The position numbers and the translations under genes are program-made. 64,000 nucleotides of DNA from Octopus bimaculoides (Eukaryota): positions 13,250,650 through 13,314,649 of the forward strand of contig NC_068988.1 of the NCBI RefSeq assembly GCF_001194135.2. The letters are read 5' to 3'. Positions 13,677 through 27,114 of this stretch are shown here, piece by piece. The notes under the pieces are model-generated. The model searched no databases. It was not told the origin of the DNA and worked only from the letters and a program-made list of their open reading frames with translations. How positions within the stretch are numbered: position 1 is the first letter of the stretch; every line of letters begins with the position of its first letter.

Positions 13677-13685
13677 CCTCCCTCC
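13592..13685. repeat. (CT)n microsatellite; others at 40165-40285, 51109-51200; (CA)n at 32339-32388; (TAA)n at 24426-24476; (ATT/GTT)n at 37890-37952
   Basis: Read directly from the sequence. Confidence 0.95.
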
Positions 13686-16600
13686 TTCTCTCCCATATTT
13701 ACACACATGCGCATTGAAAATAGAGATCACAAGATCACAACCAGTTATAGATCTAAAACCAGTGTTGCTATTGATTTTGACTTCCTTGGCTTAAATTTCT
13801 TTCTCTATGGCAACAGCAGAACACTCTCACATTTTAAGACCTCCTATATACTCTATACAAACCAATCCAATAAAATCTGGTTGTTGGTTACTAACATTGC
13901 AATGTTTCTTTTTCTTTTATGTTACTGAGTTGTAAAATCACCTCCAAAATGGCTTCTTTATTAAACCATGTTTGCATAGCAATATATCATGAGATTAACT
14001 ACTGTTGCCAGCTTATTTCATTTAACCCTTTTACTACAAATAAATCGGATATATCCACTCAAAATTTCATTACCCTTAACTGCAGAAAGTACTTTTATAT
14101 ACCAATCTATCTTTTGTTAAGATGTCAAATTTTTAGTCACAAGGTTTTGGTTGACCTGAGGTTGTGGTAGAAAACACTTATTCAGCTGTGGCCACACAGT
14201 GAGATCAAGCCCCAAAACCACATACTTATGAAGTAAACTTCTGAGCTGCATAACCATGATTTGCAGAAAATACCAATTCTATTTTTTTTTTTTTTTTTTT
14301 TTTTGGTAGATATTTAACATCATTCCTGGAACAATCATGAAATTTATTTCTACAGTTAAAGGATTAAGATGAAGCAAATTACTCTTCATCAAGCAATGAA
14401 ACTGAAAATATCAGTCTCACTTCATGCTTTCTCTCCCCATTCAATTTTTAATTGGTTTGGGTTTTGAAATTGTTTCCTCTTACTGTTCTTGACGAGAATT
14501 GATCATTAAAAACTAATGATTTTTCTCTTCATTATGGGTGTAATTTTAATTAGTTAATTATGTTACCTTCACTTCTTAGTTCAAGATTAATGGTTTTGAG
14601 TGCATTCAAATTTAAAAGGCAATCTGTTCTATACTGCTGTAAAAAATGTTAACAGCAATGATAGCGGCAGCCTTTATTAAGTACAACACTTTGTAGTTTT
14701 GTAAGGAAAAGAATATAGTCATTTGAATCGATTCCATTTCTTATTTTATTGACCCTACCATATGGAATGAAAATAAATTAGAACCATTAGACACCACTGT
14801 CAAACCATATGTCATGAAACATCTAAATGAATTTGGTAAAGACTGCATCAAATCTACTGTACTAAGAACTGTTTCTTTTGAAGACAAGATATTGGAAACA
14901 TTTGAGAATTAAATACAGGAGAAGCATTTTTAATGTAATAACTAACAAAGATTTAAGACTAATTTACAAGTAATTTAATTTAGTTTCCATTACATATTTT
15001 TAGAGGTTTCCTGATTGTTTAAAATTATTAACTTGATCATATGTTGTATTAATCTTTCAAGTTATTGCCTTAATTAACTACCAGAATAATAGCTAATATA
15101 GGTTAATTCTAAATTAAATCAAGCATTTCTTCATATTCAACAAATTTGTTATTTACACGAACTAACTTCTTAATCCATTAATTAGAAACATTTTTGCTAT
15201 TTACTTCAATATTCACTTTTCTTTACCAACATGGATTGGCTGGTTGTACAAATTTAAGTTTATGCATGATCAAATTTTAAAATAATTTGTCACTTAGTTG
15301 GAGGAGAAAGGGCAGCATTCACCTTATTTTTCAGGACCTCTGAGAACTGATAGGAGAAAGGAAGTTATCCTCAGGCTGGGGATTTAACCTAAATGCTTGC
15401 AACAGAGTGAACTTCAGATCCATTCAAGATGAGAAATTACCTCTTCATTAGGCGTCTTTAAATTTCATTCACCAAACTTTGGTTGATCTAAGATTATAGG
15501 AGAAAACACCCAGTATACCACACACTGAAATCAAACCCAAAATTACAAATTTCTGAACCATAAAATCATGCCTGCACCAGAGTTTTACAGCTCAAAGGCT
15601 CAAAACAATACCAAGATTCAGTAATTGATTAAAAACACTATAGCATCTCATTTCTGTTGGTGAAAATACGTTGTAAAGTATATTCTTAGTAAGGATTAAT
15701 AAATAATTAACAAAAGAAACCGTATGATTAAGTGTCAAATTGATTAGCCTCTTTATTTCTCAACAAGAAACTTTACAAACAATAAAATTCAAGACCAAAT
15801 GATAGTAAATCCTCAGCAAGTGAGTAGTCTTGTAGTTTTAATGTTGAATTTTTTCTGACTCTCTATCAATTGGAACTTAAACAAAGAATGAAACAATTTA
15901 CTTTTGGTAAATATTAGGAAAATATAAACCAAAAATCTTGATCTCTGGCAAAGCTTTACTCCAAGAAATTTTCAGTTTAAAGGCAATTCTAGCTTCAATT
16001 CATATCAAGTATCAAGCTCAATATTAAATTAATGAAATAATATATATAAGGAGTTGAAAGGTCTACAGAGCTGCCTCACTGCTTGATGAGACATCAACTC
16101 CTGCATTTGAAGATGGAGTACAGTAGTACCCTCTGCACACAAGTATTTACCCTTATATATACTATAAAAAGATTATTCCTACAGTATACATGTTCTTCCC
16201 TATATGACCACCACCACTACCATCACCAATATCACTATTACCTTTCCTATTTTTACAATCTAAAATCTAATGCTGAATTGTAAGATGAACAATTTACTGA
16301 CAAATGGTCACATTCACCTTCCAACAAGACTGGTTCTTAATGTTAAGATCTTAATTTCACATTTCTGAATTTCAAAAATAAATAACAAAACCGTTTGTTG
16401 TTCATATTTTCACATAGATTTATTATCATATAGTTAAAAATCAGTTGTATTTGTTAATCAGTTAAAATGAAACCAGTGTTCTATCTTCTGCTGGAAAGAC
16501 CAAGAGAAGGATTTTAGTACATTAACTTACATAGTCTCTATATTCAAAATCATTTGTACTGAAATGGTAGATAACCATTATTTATTTACTCCAAGAAATT

Positions 16601-19212
16601 TTGATGTTTATTTTCTTAATTTATACAGTTTGGTATCTCAGGCTAGAGTTGACGACAGTTTTAACTATATTATTCTATTTCACTGACTTGCAACTGGCCA
16701 AATCATTATGTATCCATCAACTGAAATAGAAATATAATCACCAAATGAATATATTTTATCTGTTCAAAGGTCTTGAGCTCAAATCCACTGCAGGCATATC
16801 ATTGTGTGTTTAAAGCAGAACATTCAATTCTACATTCTTAGGTATCAGGAATAGGTACCAAAACATCCAAGAATGTTATATGATAAACTAGCATTCTTAT
16901 TCAGTGGATGGTTTGACTCTCATCTGTTTAACACTATGAAGCAAAAGGTAAAAATGGGACTTTGAGGCTTTTATGGTTTGGAAGATAGTTATTTCCTAAC
17001 AACTGAAGATTAAACATTTTTATGAAACCAGCCGTGCTTAAATAATTCTTTATTGTTAATGACCACCAATTCACTTAACTGTAAAATATCTACCATCAGT
17101 AGGTATAGGTTACTGCTGTAAGTAGCTGGAATACTGAAAAATTGTCAAGTAATTTATCATTTTGAAGTGTTTTGATGAACAAAATCCAGTGAGTAAAACT
17201 TGCAGCAAATCAACATCTGTAGAAATGTTTATCTTTACATTTTATAAAACTTTATTTTTGCTTTGCATTGTTTTTTTTTTGTGTGTGTGTGTGTGTGTGT
17301 TTTTTTAATATTTCAAAAATCACATAAAAGAAATTATGCATTCTTTCTGATAAAAATAACTTAAATACCCTAAATTATTTTTAAATATTGAAAACTAATA
17401 AATCTAATTTATTATGCAGATGAGTTTTAAAATATTATTTATTTCAACAGCTAGATGTTGGCTGCTCTTCAGAGGCATAAATTCACTAAAACTAAGAATT
17501 CTTCATGATGATCTGACTCTAAATTAACAATTTAAAGCATCTATATTATACTTCAGTTTTGTATTTAGTTTTCAAGATTCTTGTTATGAATTTGTGTGTT
17601 GAAACAAATTTTGTATTTTGGAAGGGTTATTACACCAATAATAATGACACACTGCTCAATATCACTTCTGTTTTGTTAGTCAATTGGTTAAATATCTAAC
17701 CAATTAACTAATTAATCATTTATTTAATGTACTGGCTAAACAATCAAATCGGTTGTTTGTTGGTCAAAGTCCTTTTGTTTGCTCTTCATGACCTTCTCAG
17801 TGGCTTGCCTTCTCTCGATGATTATATATAAACAAGTGTTAGGAAAGATTTTCTTCCCTTCTCAGACCATCAGTCCTAACAATCACAACCATAAACACAT
17901 AATCATTACCATTAGTTTTAGACATATTCTTAATTTATGCATACTCTTCCTTGGAGTAGAAAAATTCTAACATCTACCTAAATTCTGATTGAAAATATTG
18001 TTTCATATTCATTTTAACAGATTGCTAATTCATTTCACTGGTAGCTGATCAAATGTTATTTCAGGCTCACAGACTAGCAAGTCTGAAGAAACAGTAGTCA
18101 TTGGACTAAATACCTTGCAATATTTAATTTTTTTCCCTTTATGTTCTGAGTTGAGATACTTTTGAAACAATCTTTGCATTTATCTCTCTAGGATCACAAA
18201 GTCTGATATCAAGGTCAATTTACTATATCTGTTCTATACAAATTTGTAGCCTTGTCCCATCATATCAAATTAATATTTCTTGATAATTTCTATGAAAAAT
18301 ATCATAAGTGCCCCATGGCAATTAAAATTTAAATTTCCTGAATTTTCTTAACAATTTTGATACCAACCTTCCTGAGACTACTTCTGGTTCTAATACAAAA
18401 ATATCCTTCTTTAAACGATGACTTTCCATCAAAGTTTTATGCAAGATCCTTTTGTTAAGTTACATCCCAAACATCAGCTTAATAATGACGGATATTTTAC
18501 TAAATCCCTCTTGTAATCCTTCATAACGTTACCCATTTGCTAATGTAATTTTGTCTCTTTTTTACTTTTTTTCTTTTAAATTGTCATAATTAAATTATTT
18601 CTTTAAAAAGCCATAGTGTGTGTATCTGAACAGTTGTGATGGTATGACAGGCTTAGAGTTTGGTTTTAAAAGACTGTGCAAAATGAAATTTCAGCTGCCA
18701 ATAAGAGATGTTTCACCTTCAGATACTTATAGATAATTCCCTAGGATGGGTTGACATGGTATTTTCTAAAGATCTCCAGTGAATCTTATAAACAAGCCTG
18801 GAAAGTAAATAAGTGGTGAAGATTTTGCCTTGCTTTTTATTCAAAAGGTTCGCTATTTGGATAAGATGAAGTACTTTAAATGTTTAGTCTGAGAAGGATA
18901 ATCATAGGGTTGTTTTGGCCTTTGTAAACTGAGGAATCAGGGTAGCTGGCTGAGGTTAATATTCAATTTGAATTGCTGTGGACTGGAAGAGAAAACATTT
19001 CAAAAATGAAGGATAAAGAGATGAGAATTGGCTTTGATCATCATGTTCTCTTACTTCCTTTACTGCAACCTTCTTACTTTTTTTGTACTTACTGTATTTA
19101 ACAAAATGACTTAAAAATACATTTGAGACCATATTGATAATATGTTAATCGCAAAGTTGTGTTTTGTCAATGGAATAACTGAAAAGAAACTGTTTACTTT
19201 TTGTCATTACAG

Positions 19213-19331
19213 GACACAGCTGGCCAAGAACGATACCGAACTATTACAACAGCATATTACAGAGGGGCTATGGGATTTATATTAATGTATGATGTCACAA
19301 ATGAAGAATCCTTCAATGCTGTGCAAGACTG
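19213..19331 (+). CDS. Rab3: Rab3 coding exon 2 (119 nt)
   Basis: cattacAG acceptor; [39 protein letters not shown](W), the switch II region; phase-2 donor GTGTGT. Missed by the ORF track. Confidence 0.97.
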
Positions 19332-20859
19332 GTGTGTACCAAATGTTTTCTTTTTGTTTCATTTTATTGCATAACTTATGAAAAAGAGTCTATATTTTTT
19401 AAAAATACCACAAGATCTTGTATTAAGCAATCAATCCTTTCTTTAAACCTCTGAGCTAGTGGTGCTTCAACCATTTTTTTATGCCATTAAATGAATGAGT
19501 GATAAATTTCCTTTGGATCTGATGTTGCAGGTAATTATCTTAGAATATAATAATTCTCCGAATGGATAAACTGAAGTCAATAGAATCGAATGTCTTTCTA
19601 AAAGATATTCCAGCAAAAACATTAGCATTACCCATATTTTATATTGCACCCATAATACAGCATTTCATCTCCGTTCACTAATTAGTAATTAATCCACTTT
19701 TATTATATTTCTGCTACATGTCTGGGAGTTTGTATTTCAGTGTTCAGTCAAGGTGGGTGGGCTATGCTCATAACCCTGTCCAGGGCCTTAAATACTGGTG
19801 AGAGGAAGGAAGGTATCCTTAAATCAGAGGCCTGACCCAAATGCTTACAGCAGAGTGGGCTCCACTAAAGACTCCTAAGGACCAGGTGATGGTGTTAAAC
19901 TGGACAACAGATTAAGTCTGTCAGCCAAATTAAAAACATAAAAGGAAATGAAATTTTAGCTTCCAAACATCTTGAGATATTTTAAGGACATCTTATTGGT
20001 CAGTACACTAATTGACCATAAGATGTGATAAGTAATTAAGCAAAATTAAGCTCCTAACTGTTGAGCAAAATTAAGGCTTGTTAATTTTTAGTAAGAGTAA
20101 ACTATACTTGGGTCCCATTTATATATTTTTTTCTTAGGGCTGAGTATTTTGTATTCTATTTTGGTTTGGGATCCAAGAAAACAATGTGCAGTACCCTTTT
20201 GTATTGCCATACCTTAATTTTTGTGAAAAGAGTTGATTTTAAAAGTTTTTCTCATTTCTCAGGTTTGCTTTGAGTAAAGACTTCCTCTAAAAATTATTTT
20301 TCTGAATGGATTATTTATGATATAAAGTTATAAATTTAATTAAAAGATCTGAAAAGTACAATTGTTTACTAAGAAATATTCAAGCATTTAAGATTTACCT
20401 TAAGAATGATTTCATAATATCAGGGTTTAAAGTGCCTTCTAATTTTATGTACATAATGACAATGCTTTTCCTCAACTGCATTGAGAGAGCAAACAAGAAT
20501 TTGCTGGTCGCTATCCTTACTAAATTCTGCAGTGACTCTTCAGGTAAAAGTTAGACATTATTATTAAATATCATTTAGAGTGGACACATGTGAAAATAAA
20601 GGACAAAGTGGTTTCAATTACCTTCTTCTGGGAGAGATGTGTCTCTAGGCTGCAAGAGGTGTAGAATCATAATGCAAGTGAGAATATTAAAGCAATGATT
20701 CCACTATTGTACAAGCAGCTCTCTCCATACAGTGTTGCTAACCAACAGAAGAACTTACCTAGTAACACTAAAAAGTTTGGGAGGTACTTGACCAAATTTA
20801 GTTATCTTGCTTCCCTGTAAGCCCCGACACCCATACTGACTGTTCAGTATGTATATATT

Positions 20860-21115
20860 TATTTATATATATTCCTCCTCCCTCTCGCCCTTTCAAAGCC
20901 TAGCCAGGCTCGTGGGCCCGGTTTCCTGGTTTCTATGGCGTATGTGTTCCTCCCAGCTGGACGGGACGCCAGTCCATCGCAGTGTTACTCAAGAAACAGG
21001 AAGAAAGAGTGAGAGAAAGTTGGGGCGAAAGAGTACAACACAACACTTGGTTCAGAACCCATGGCTTTATGATCATAAGCTGAACACCTGAACCACTAGG
21101 CTATATGCCTTCACT
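20860..21115 (-). mobile_element. tRNA-derived SINE (pyrimidine-rich middle plus ctgcgatggactggcgtcccgtccag tail)
   Basis: Minus strand gtgaaggcatatagcctagtggtt.. A-box, degenerate B-box; the middle module is shared with 51445-51487. Confidence 0.75.
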
Positions 21116-21199
21116 CTGTGTGTGTGTGTATGTGTAACAAAATAATGGTGAAGAACACATATGACACCTGACACAAATTGCAAAAATCAGACATGGATA

Positions 21200-22200
21200 A
21201 ACCTATGTACCTGACACCTAGCTTTTTATTTTGCTACCTTGTTCCTTGCTCTCCTTTTTTTTCTTCATCTTTCAGCTTTTTTTGGCTCTGTCTATCATAC
21301 TATTCCACTACCATGTCACCTGCCATCTGGCTGGAACTTTTCTCAGCAGGTTGTCTCATTGAAACCACTGACTGTCCTGTTTTGTAAATCTGTATCTCCG
21401 CCTCCTCCTTCTCATTTTATGTATTGACAAGTGCTTCTTTGGACCTATGTCTAGTTGAGGGGTCTCTCAGCTGCCATACCCTCAGTGTCCATGATTACCT
21501 CTATCTTTTACCCTGATCATTTGTCAATGCTGAGTTGTACATTCTTCACACCCAATTCCCTACTCCATTTCCTGGTGAGTATATAGAGTTTATTTAGTTT
21601 GCATAATTGGTAGGTGATGATGTGGTTGGTTGATTACTAGAAAGTGATATTGCACCTAAAATCCTTGATAGTCTGTCATTTCTTGTACCATATCCATAGC
21701 TTCATTATGTTTCCCAACATATACATTAAGGTTACAAGCTATGATAACTAGGTTAGTGCCATTTTTCATTATCAATGTAGTTTGCAAGTGGGCCTCATGG
21801 AAACCCCCTTTTTTTTTGTTCACCTGTCAGTCCAGACTGCTGTACATATGAAAGAACAATTAAATCTTAATCTAATTATTCTGTCATATACCCTGACTAG
21901 CTCAATTACTTTATTTATTTCTCTACTGATAATGTTCCTACTGGTCTGTTACCTACCCAGAAGAATTCATGCCAGCATTGTTTGTTTGTAAGAAGTCTAA
22001 CTGAGGCTCCTTTCTTTCTTACCTTTTGTGAACATTACATATCTACTCACCAACTCCAGCATCTTTACAATTTCTCCAGATCTCTTTCATCATGCCAGTG
22101 TTAATGGTGACACTTCTGAACTTTTGTACCTGATAGGAAAAGGAGATTTCTGGTGTTGGGTGGGTTGCTTGATGTCTGTTTTCTGTATCTGTTTAGAAAT
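21200..22200 (-). mobile_element. Decayed RTE LINE 5' part (APE endonuclease)
   Basis: The minus strand reads RSVTINTGMMKERSGEIVKMLE..GASVRLL..FFWVGNRPVG..EINKVIELVRVYDRIIRLR..QSGLTGEQK..LVIIACNLNVYVGKHN..GYGTRND, matching the RTE APE motif order. Confidence 0.75.
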
Positions 22201-23368
22201 AGTCAACATGATCATTTGATGACAGACAAAGGGTTCCACACATAGCCAGGTACCGGACTACCCACTAATATGAGTAGCACTAACATGGTAAGTGTTAGTC
22301 CTGTACATGCAATTATGGTTTATCGTTGTATTTGTGGATGGCAGGATTTGGATATGGTTTTATTGGTTGGATGCCCATCCTATCTTCAACCACTTTACAG
22401 CATGGACTGGATGCATTTTAACTGCCCCCAACACTACAAGTTGTCTATCAGAACTAAAGTACACCTTCAATGCTGTGTCTCTTTTTATTCAGACTTATTG
22501 CACTTGTACTTGTGTGAAGTTGTCATTTCTCTCATGCCAAATTTCATTCCAAGTTACTGCTCTCTTAGTCAGGTTACCTTCAGTTTGGTTCGTATCCTCT
22601 TATGAATTTGCTATGGATGCTTACAGTATGGAGGTAAGAAAAGGAAAATAAGGCTTCTTCATGTTTACACTAGACTGGTGAATTTTATTCAGAATGTATT
22701 AGTTTGCTGTGTGGAAGGAAGCTCACAGTAGACTGGATTTGCTTGACTGGTTAGGGAGCTACATCTCTCCATAATGCTTTTAAGGGAGCTCGTACATGTA
22801 GCTATCAGAGAGGTGAGTCTGTTTGGGGAGAATGAATTCCTAGAAGTGGAAGGTAACAGCTTACAGTAGACAGGCAGATTGAGATGACCAGAACAATGGT
22901 GGCTGGTCATATTTGTCATGATAAAAAAAAGTGGAGGTGCATTTGACAAGCAGAGTGGCTGTCTATGGTTACTGAGTATAAACATTGCTTCTATTTCACT
23001 GTCTGAGAATAAGCTTATTTCTATGGATTTACATAGTTTATCTTCTGAAGCAGCATGTCCTGATAAGTTCAAGGGAAATCAAAGTGTGGGATGGGGAGTA
23101 GATATATCAGCATAAAACCATTGCAGCAACTATATATAACATGTGCTGATATTTTGGTTAATCTTTCTTCTAGACAGAATTTATTGTTTTCATTTTGCAT
23201 ATACTCTGGTTGTTGGAAATAATTAAGGAAATAGTTGTGAAAAATAGTTAATATTTTTATGAGATATTAAATCTATCCTTATATTATCTCATGTTCTTTG
23301 CCTCTATCTATCTATCTATCTTTATGTCTATTTTTATTTATCTGTCTATTTAGATATATATATATATA

Positions 23369-23431
<63 letters not shown>

Positions 23432-24424
23432 GGATAAATAATAATGAAATTCGGCATTAACAATATTAAAAAACCACATATATTTTCATAAGTGGTTTCT
23501 CCGCTGTCTACTAATTGCATTTGGAAGAACTACTACATGATTGCTTAACCTGTTAGAAATAGACAGAAGGGAGCATAAGATAATGTCATCCTAGAAACAC
23601 CATATCCAAAAATGTGATGGAATGGTCATGTCTGGAGTGTATTTGGTCATAGGTCTGGTTGACCAGGCCTGACTTGGTGCTAAACACCCACAAAATTTTT
23701 CATTTGTAATAATGTTTTGTGTTGTTGTTGTTATTGTTTTCTGAATAAGTTCAATGTCATTACAAATTTAAAAGATTTTTGTTATATTTAGAATTAATCC
23801 TCATGAGGTGTTGGTAATTAAATAAAATGGCTAATACTCAAACTACAACATAGATTATTAAGAAAAGCTTGCCTTGGCACTCTCCTGACAGCTATTGAAA
23901 TTGTTAATGCGCTCCTTTGAATGCAACAATCTAGTGTTCACTTTCTCTACACTTTTGTTGCTTGTGTGCAGCTATAAGCACCACCACTGCTACTTGTGAT
24001 GACATTCTGAAAATCAATATTTCTAACAAGCGTTCTGTTCAAAGAAAACCACTGCTACATTGCTGCAGAATCTCCTCAACAACTGGGCAGTTTGGTTACT
24101 TGGCTTACACACACACACTCACACATATACACTCACACACATGTTCACATCACATTATACTAACAGACACCCACCTACCTACACAAACAAACATACACCC
24201 ACATACATACGCCTACACTAACTAACATAACAAACACTGAGAGAGAGAGAGAGAGAGAGAGAAAGACAAGGTGATCATAAAATGGGTTTGGACTGAATTT
24301 CTACTGCAACCGATATCCATATCTTCGTTACTTCCATCACAGTATCGATTGCTCTAGAAAATCGGTACCTGTCCACTTTAACTGTACTTATTTTCTTCCC
24401 TGATGCTAATCTACATAATATAAA

Positions 24425-24477
<53 letters not shown>

Positions 24478-25381
24478 GCCAACAATAACATGAATTGATA
24501 AAATGTAAAAAAAAGGGGGGGGAAACNNNNNNNNNNNNNNNNNNNNNNNNNNNNNNNNNNNNNNNNNNNNNNNNNNNNNNNNNNNNNNNNNNNNNNNNNN
24601 NNNNNNNNNNNNNNNNNNNNNNNNNNNNNNNNNNNNNNNNNNNNNNNNNNNNNNNNNNNNNNNNNNNNNNNNNNNNNNNNNNNNNNNNNNNNNNNNNNNN
24701 NNNNNNNNNNNNNNNNNNNNNNNNNNNNNNNNNNNNNNNNNNNNNNNNNNNNNNNNNNNNNNNNNNNNNNNNNNNNNNNNNNNNNNNNNNNNNNNNNNNN
24801 NNNNNNNNNNNNNNNNNNNNNNNNNNNNNNNNNNNNNNNNNNNNNNNNNNNNNNNNNNNNNNNNNNNNNNNNNNNNNNNNNNNNNNNNNNNNNNNNNNNN
24901 NNNNNNNTATTCAGATAATTTATTATTATTATCATTACTGCTGTTTTTTCTGTTGCCTTTAAGACAAAGAACCCTGCCCCCCCCCTCATCTCTTGGTATG
25001 CATGTTTGTTAGCAGTATAGTTTGTTGTCAGTGCTACTGTAGGAAGGTCAATAATAGGATCTAATCCTGGTTCAAACCTTTACCAAGTTTTTTTTTTAAT
25101 CTATTTTACATGGTTAAAAAAAAATGAGTTTTAAATTTTATGAGATACACTTTAACATGTAGTTTATCATCATCACCATCATCATCATCATGTGCTGGTA
25201 GAATTGTAAACATGTTCGACAAAATGCTTAGCAGTATTTCTATTGGCTCTTAATGTTCTGCATTCAAATCCCTCCAAGGTCAGCTATCCCTTATATCCCT
25301 TCAGGGTCAATAAAATAGAGTACAAGTCAAGTAATCCCCCATTAAAATTGCAGGCTTTGTGCAAAAATTAGAATTATCGTT

Positions 25382-25418
<37 letters not shown>

Positions 25419-25654
25419 CATGATTATGAAGGTGGTGAGCTTGTAGAATCATTAGCACACTGGGCAAAATGGTTTGCAGTATTTCATCCATCCTCATGTT
25501 CTGAGTTCGAATTCCACTGAGATTGACTTTGCCTTCCATCCTTTTAGGGTTGATAAAAATAAGTACCAGCTGAGCACTGGGGTCGATATAATTGACTTAA
25601 CCCCCTCCTTTAACTTGCTGGCCTTGTGCCAAAATTTGAAACTATTATTATTGA

Positions 25655-26232
25655 ATGAGAGAGCAGTGCATGCCATCAAAGTGACACCAGGATAAAATAT
25701 ACGAAGTCCAGTATACCCATCATGACTACTCGTCTGATAAGGGTACACCAGGCACATGCGTCACAACCATATGTACACGTCATGGTGATCTCATATCAAG
25801 ATAAACAGCGCATGACCTTGCAGGTGGGGCCCAGTTAGAACTTTGTTCGGTTGAGTAGCCCATCCTGCTCAAAAGGTCCCTGAATAAGGGTTGTTTAAGG
25901 ATGCTGAACAAAACACCCATGTTTCCAAAGGTGAATTATCCAAACCCCAAAGAATTCCTCTCAGCACATGGCTATGATGCTCCCCCACTACTTCTGCTCA
26001 TGATCAGAGATGCACATATTGTCAGCCACCAAGGGAAATGCTCAACTGGTTACGGTCAAACAACTGACAGGCAAATTTGTGGTATTGAGCAGAATATTTG
26101 TTGTAACCCATCTTTTATACCAAGACTAAACAATGTACATGATAACACTTCCAATCAGTTAAGATCAGAAGCCACGAGAGCCACTGCTTGGTACTGCATC
26201 AAGGCATTTATTATTATTATTATTATTATTAA
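25655..26232 (+). mobile_element. Unclassified ~570-bp (ATT)n-tailed retroposon inserted in a SINE tail
   Basis: GC-richer unique sequence (gagagcagtgcatgccatcaaagtgacac...gtactgcatcaaggcattt) bounded by ATT repeats on both sides; no credible ORF. Confidence 0.6.
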
Positions 26233-26706
26233 CATGTGTAGAACAGCATGTTGGCAAAGTCAGTAAAGCAGTGGACGTGTCTAGTTATGTCCCTTTACAT
26301 TCTGAGTTCAAATATTCTCAAGGTCAACTTTGCCTTTCATCCCTTCAGTGTCAATAAAATACAACACTAGCCTAGTACTGGGATTGATGATATCAACTAA
26401 CCCTTCTCTCGTCAAAAGTATTGGCCCTGTACTTATATTAGAAAGAATTATTATGATTGATGTTATTTATATTAGTAGAGCAATTTGCTGGTATAATCAG
26501 TAAAGTGTTGGACAAAGTACATTGTAGTATTAGTTACATCTCTTTACATTCTGAGTTCAAATCCTGTCCAAGTCAACTCTGCCGTTCGTCATTCTGAAGT
26601 TTAATAAAATAAAGTACCAGTTAACAGTTATATCAACTAGATTTGATATAATTGTTTATTCTTTCCTCAAAAATTTATAGAATTACATCACTTTTAAAAA
26701 TGGTCG

Positions 26707-26763
<57 letters not shown>

Positions 26764-27091
26764 CTACTTAATTTTATCCTTTTATGTTTTGAGTTCAAAT
26801 CTTAACAGAGTTGACTTTACCTTTCATTCATCCAAGATAAATAAAATAATGGTTAGCTTAATCAACCGCTCTTTCCTCCCCCCCCCCCAATTTTTTTTTT
26901 TGGCTTATGCCTATGTGAAAAATTCAATGAATATTCTTTTACTGGTACCATCCAGTGGATCATGGCCAAGCCCTAGCCTTGCCATCTTTAAAACAACAAG
27001 CTTGCTAACTGGACTTCAAGTGTATAGATATACACTTACCACATGATCATGTTACCAATTATGCTACTGAGCAGGCTTTTCATGTTCTAAG

Positions 27092-27114
27092 TTAGGGTTA
27101 GGGTTAGGGTTAGG
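27092..27114 (+). repeat. Interstitial telomeric repeat (TTAGGG)3-TTAGG
   Basis: Read directly from the sequence; embedded in a SINE B-box. Confidence 0.9.

Noticed and set aside
13690-13928. Peptide faintly resembling the Penelope RT (DFLGL) region
   Set aside because: The similarity is too weak, and its order relative to 12100-12760 is not collinear.
24411-24989. ORFs spanning N runs (also 8267-8603, 47519-48140)
   Set aside because: Artefacts of assembly gaps.
26187-26205. Short resemblance to the U2 snRNA 3' stem-loop (tggtactgca)
   Set aside because: Only ~10 nt match; the rest of U2 and the Sm site are absent.
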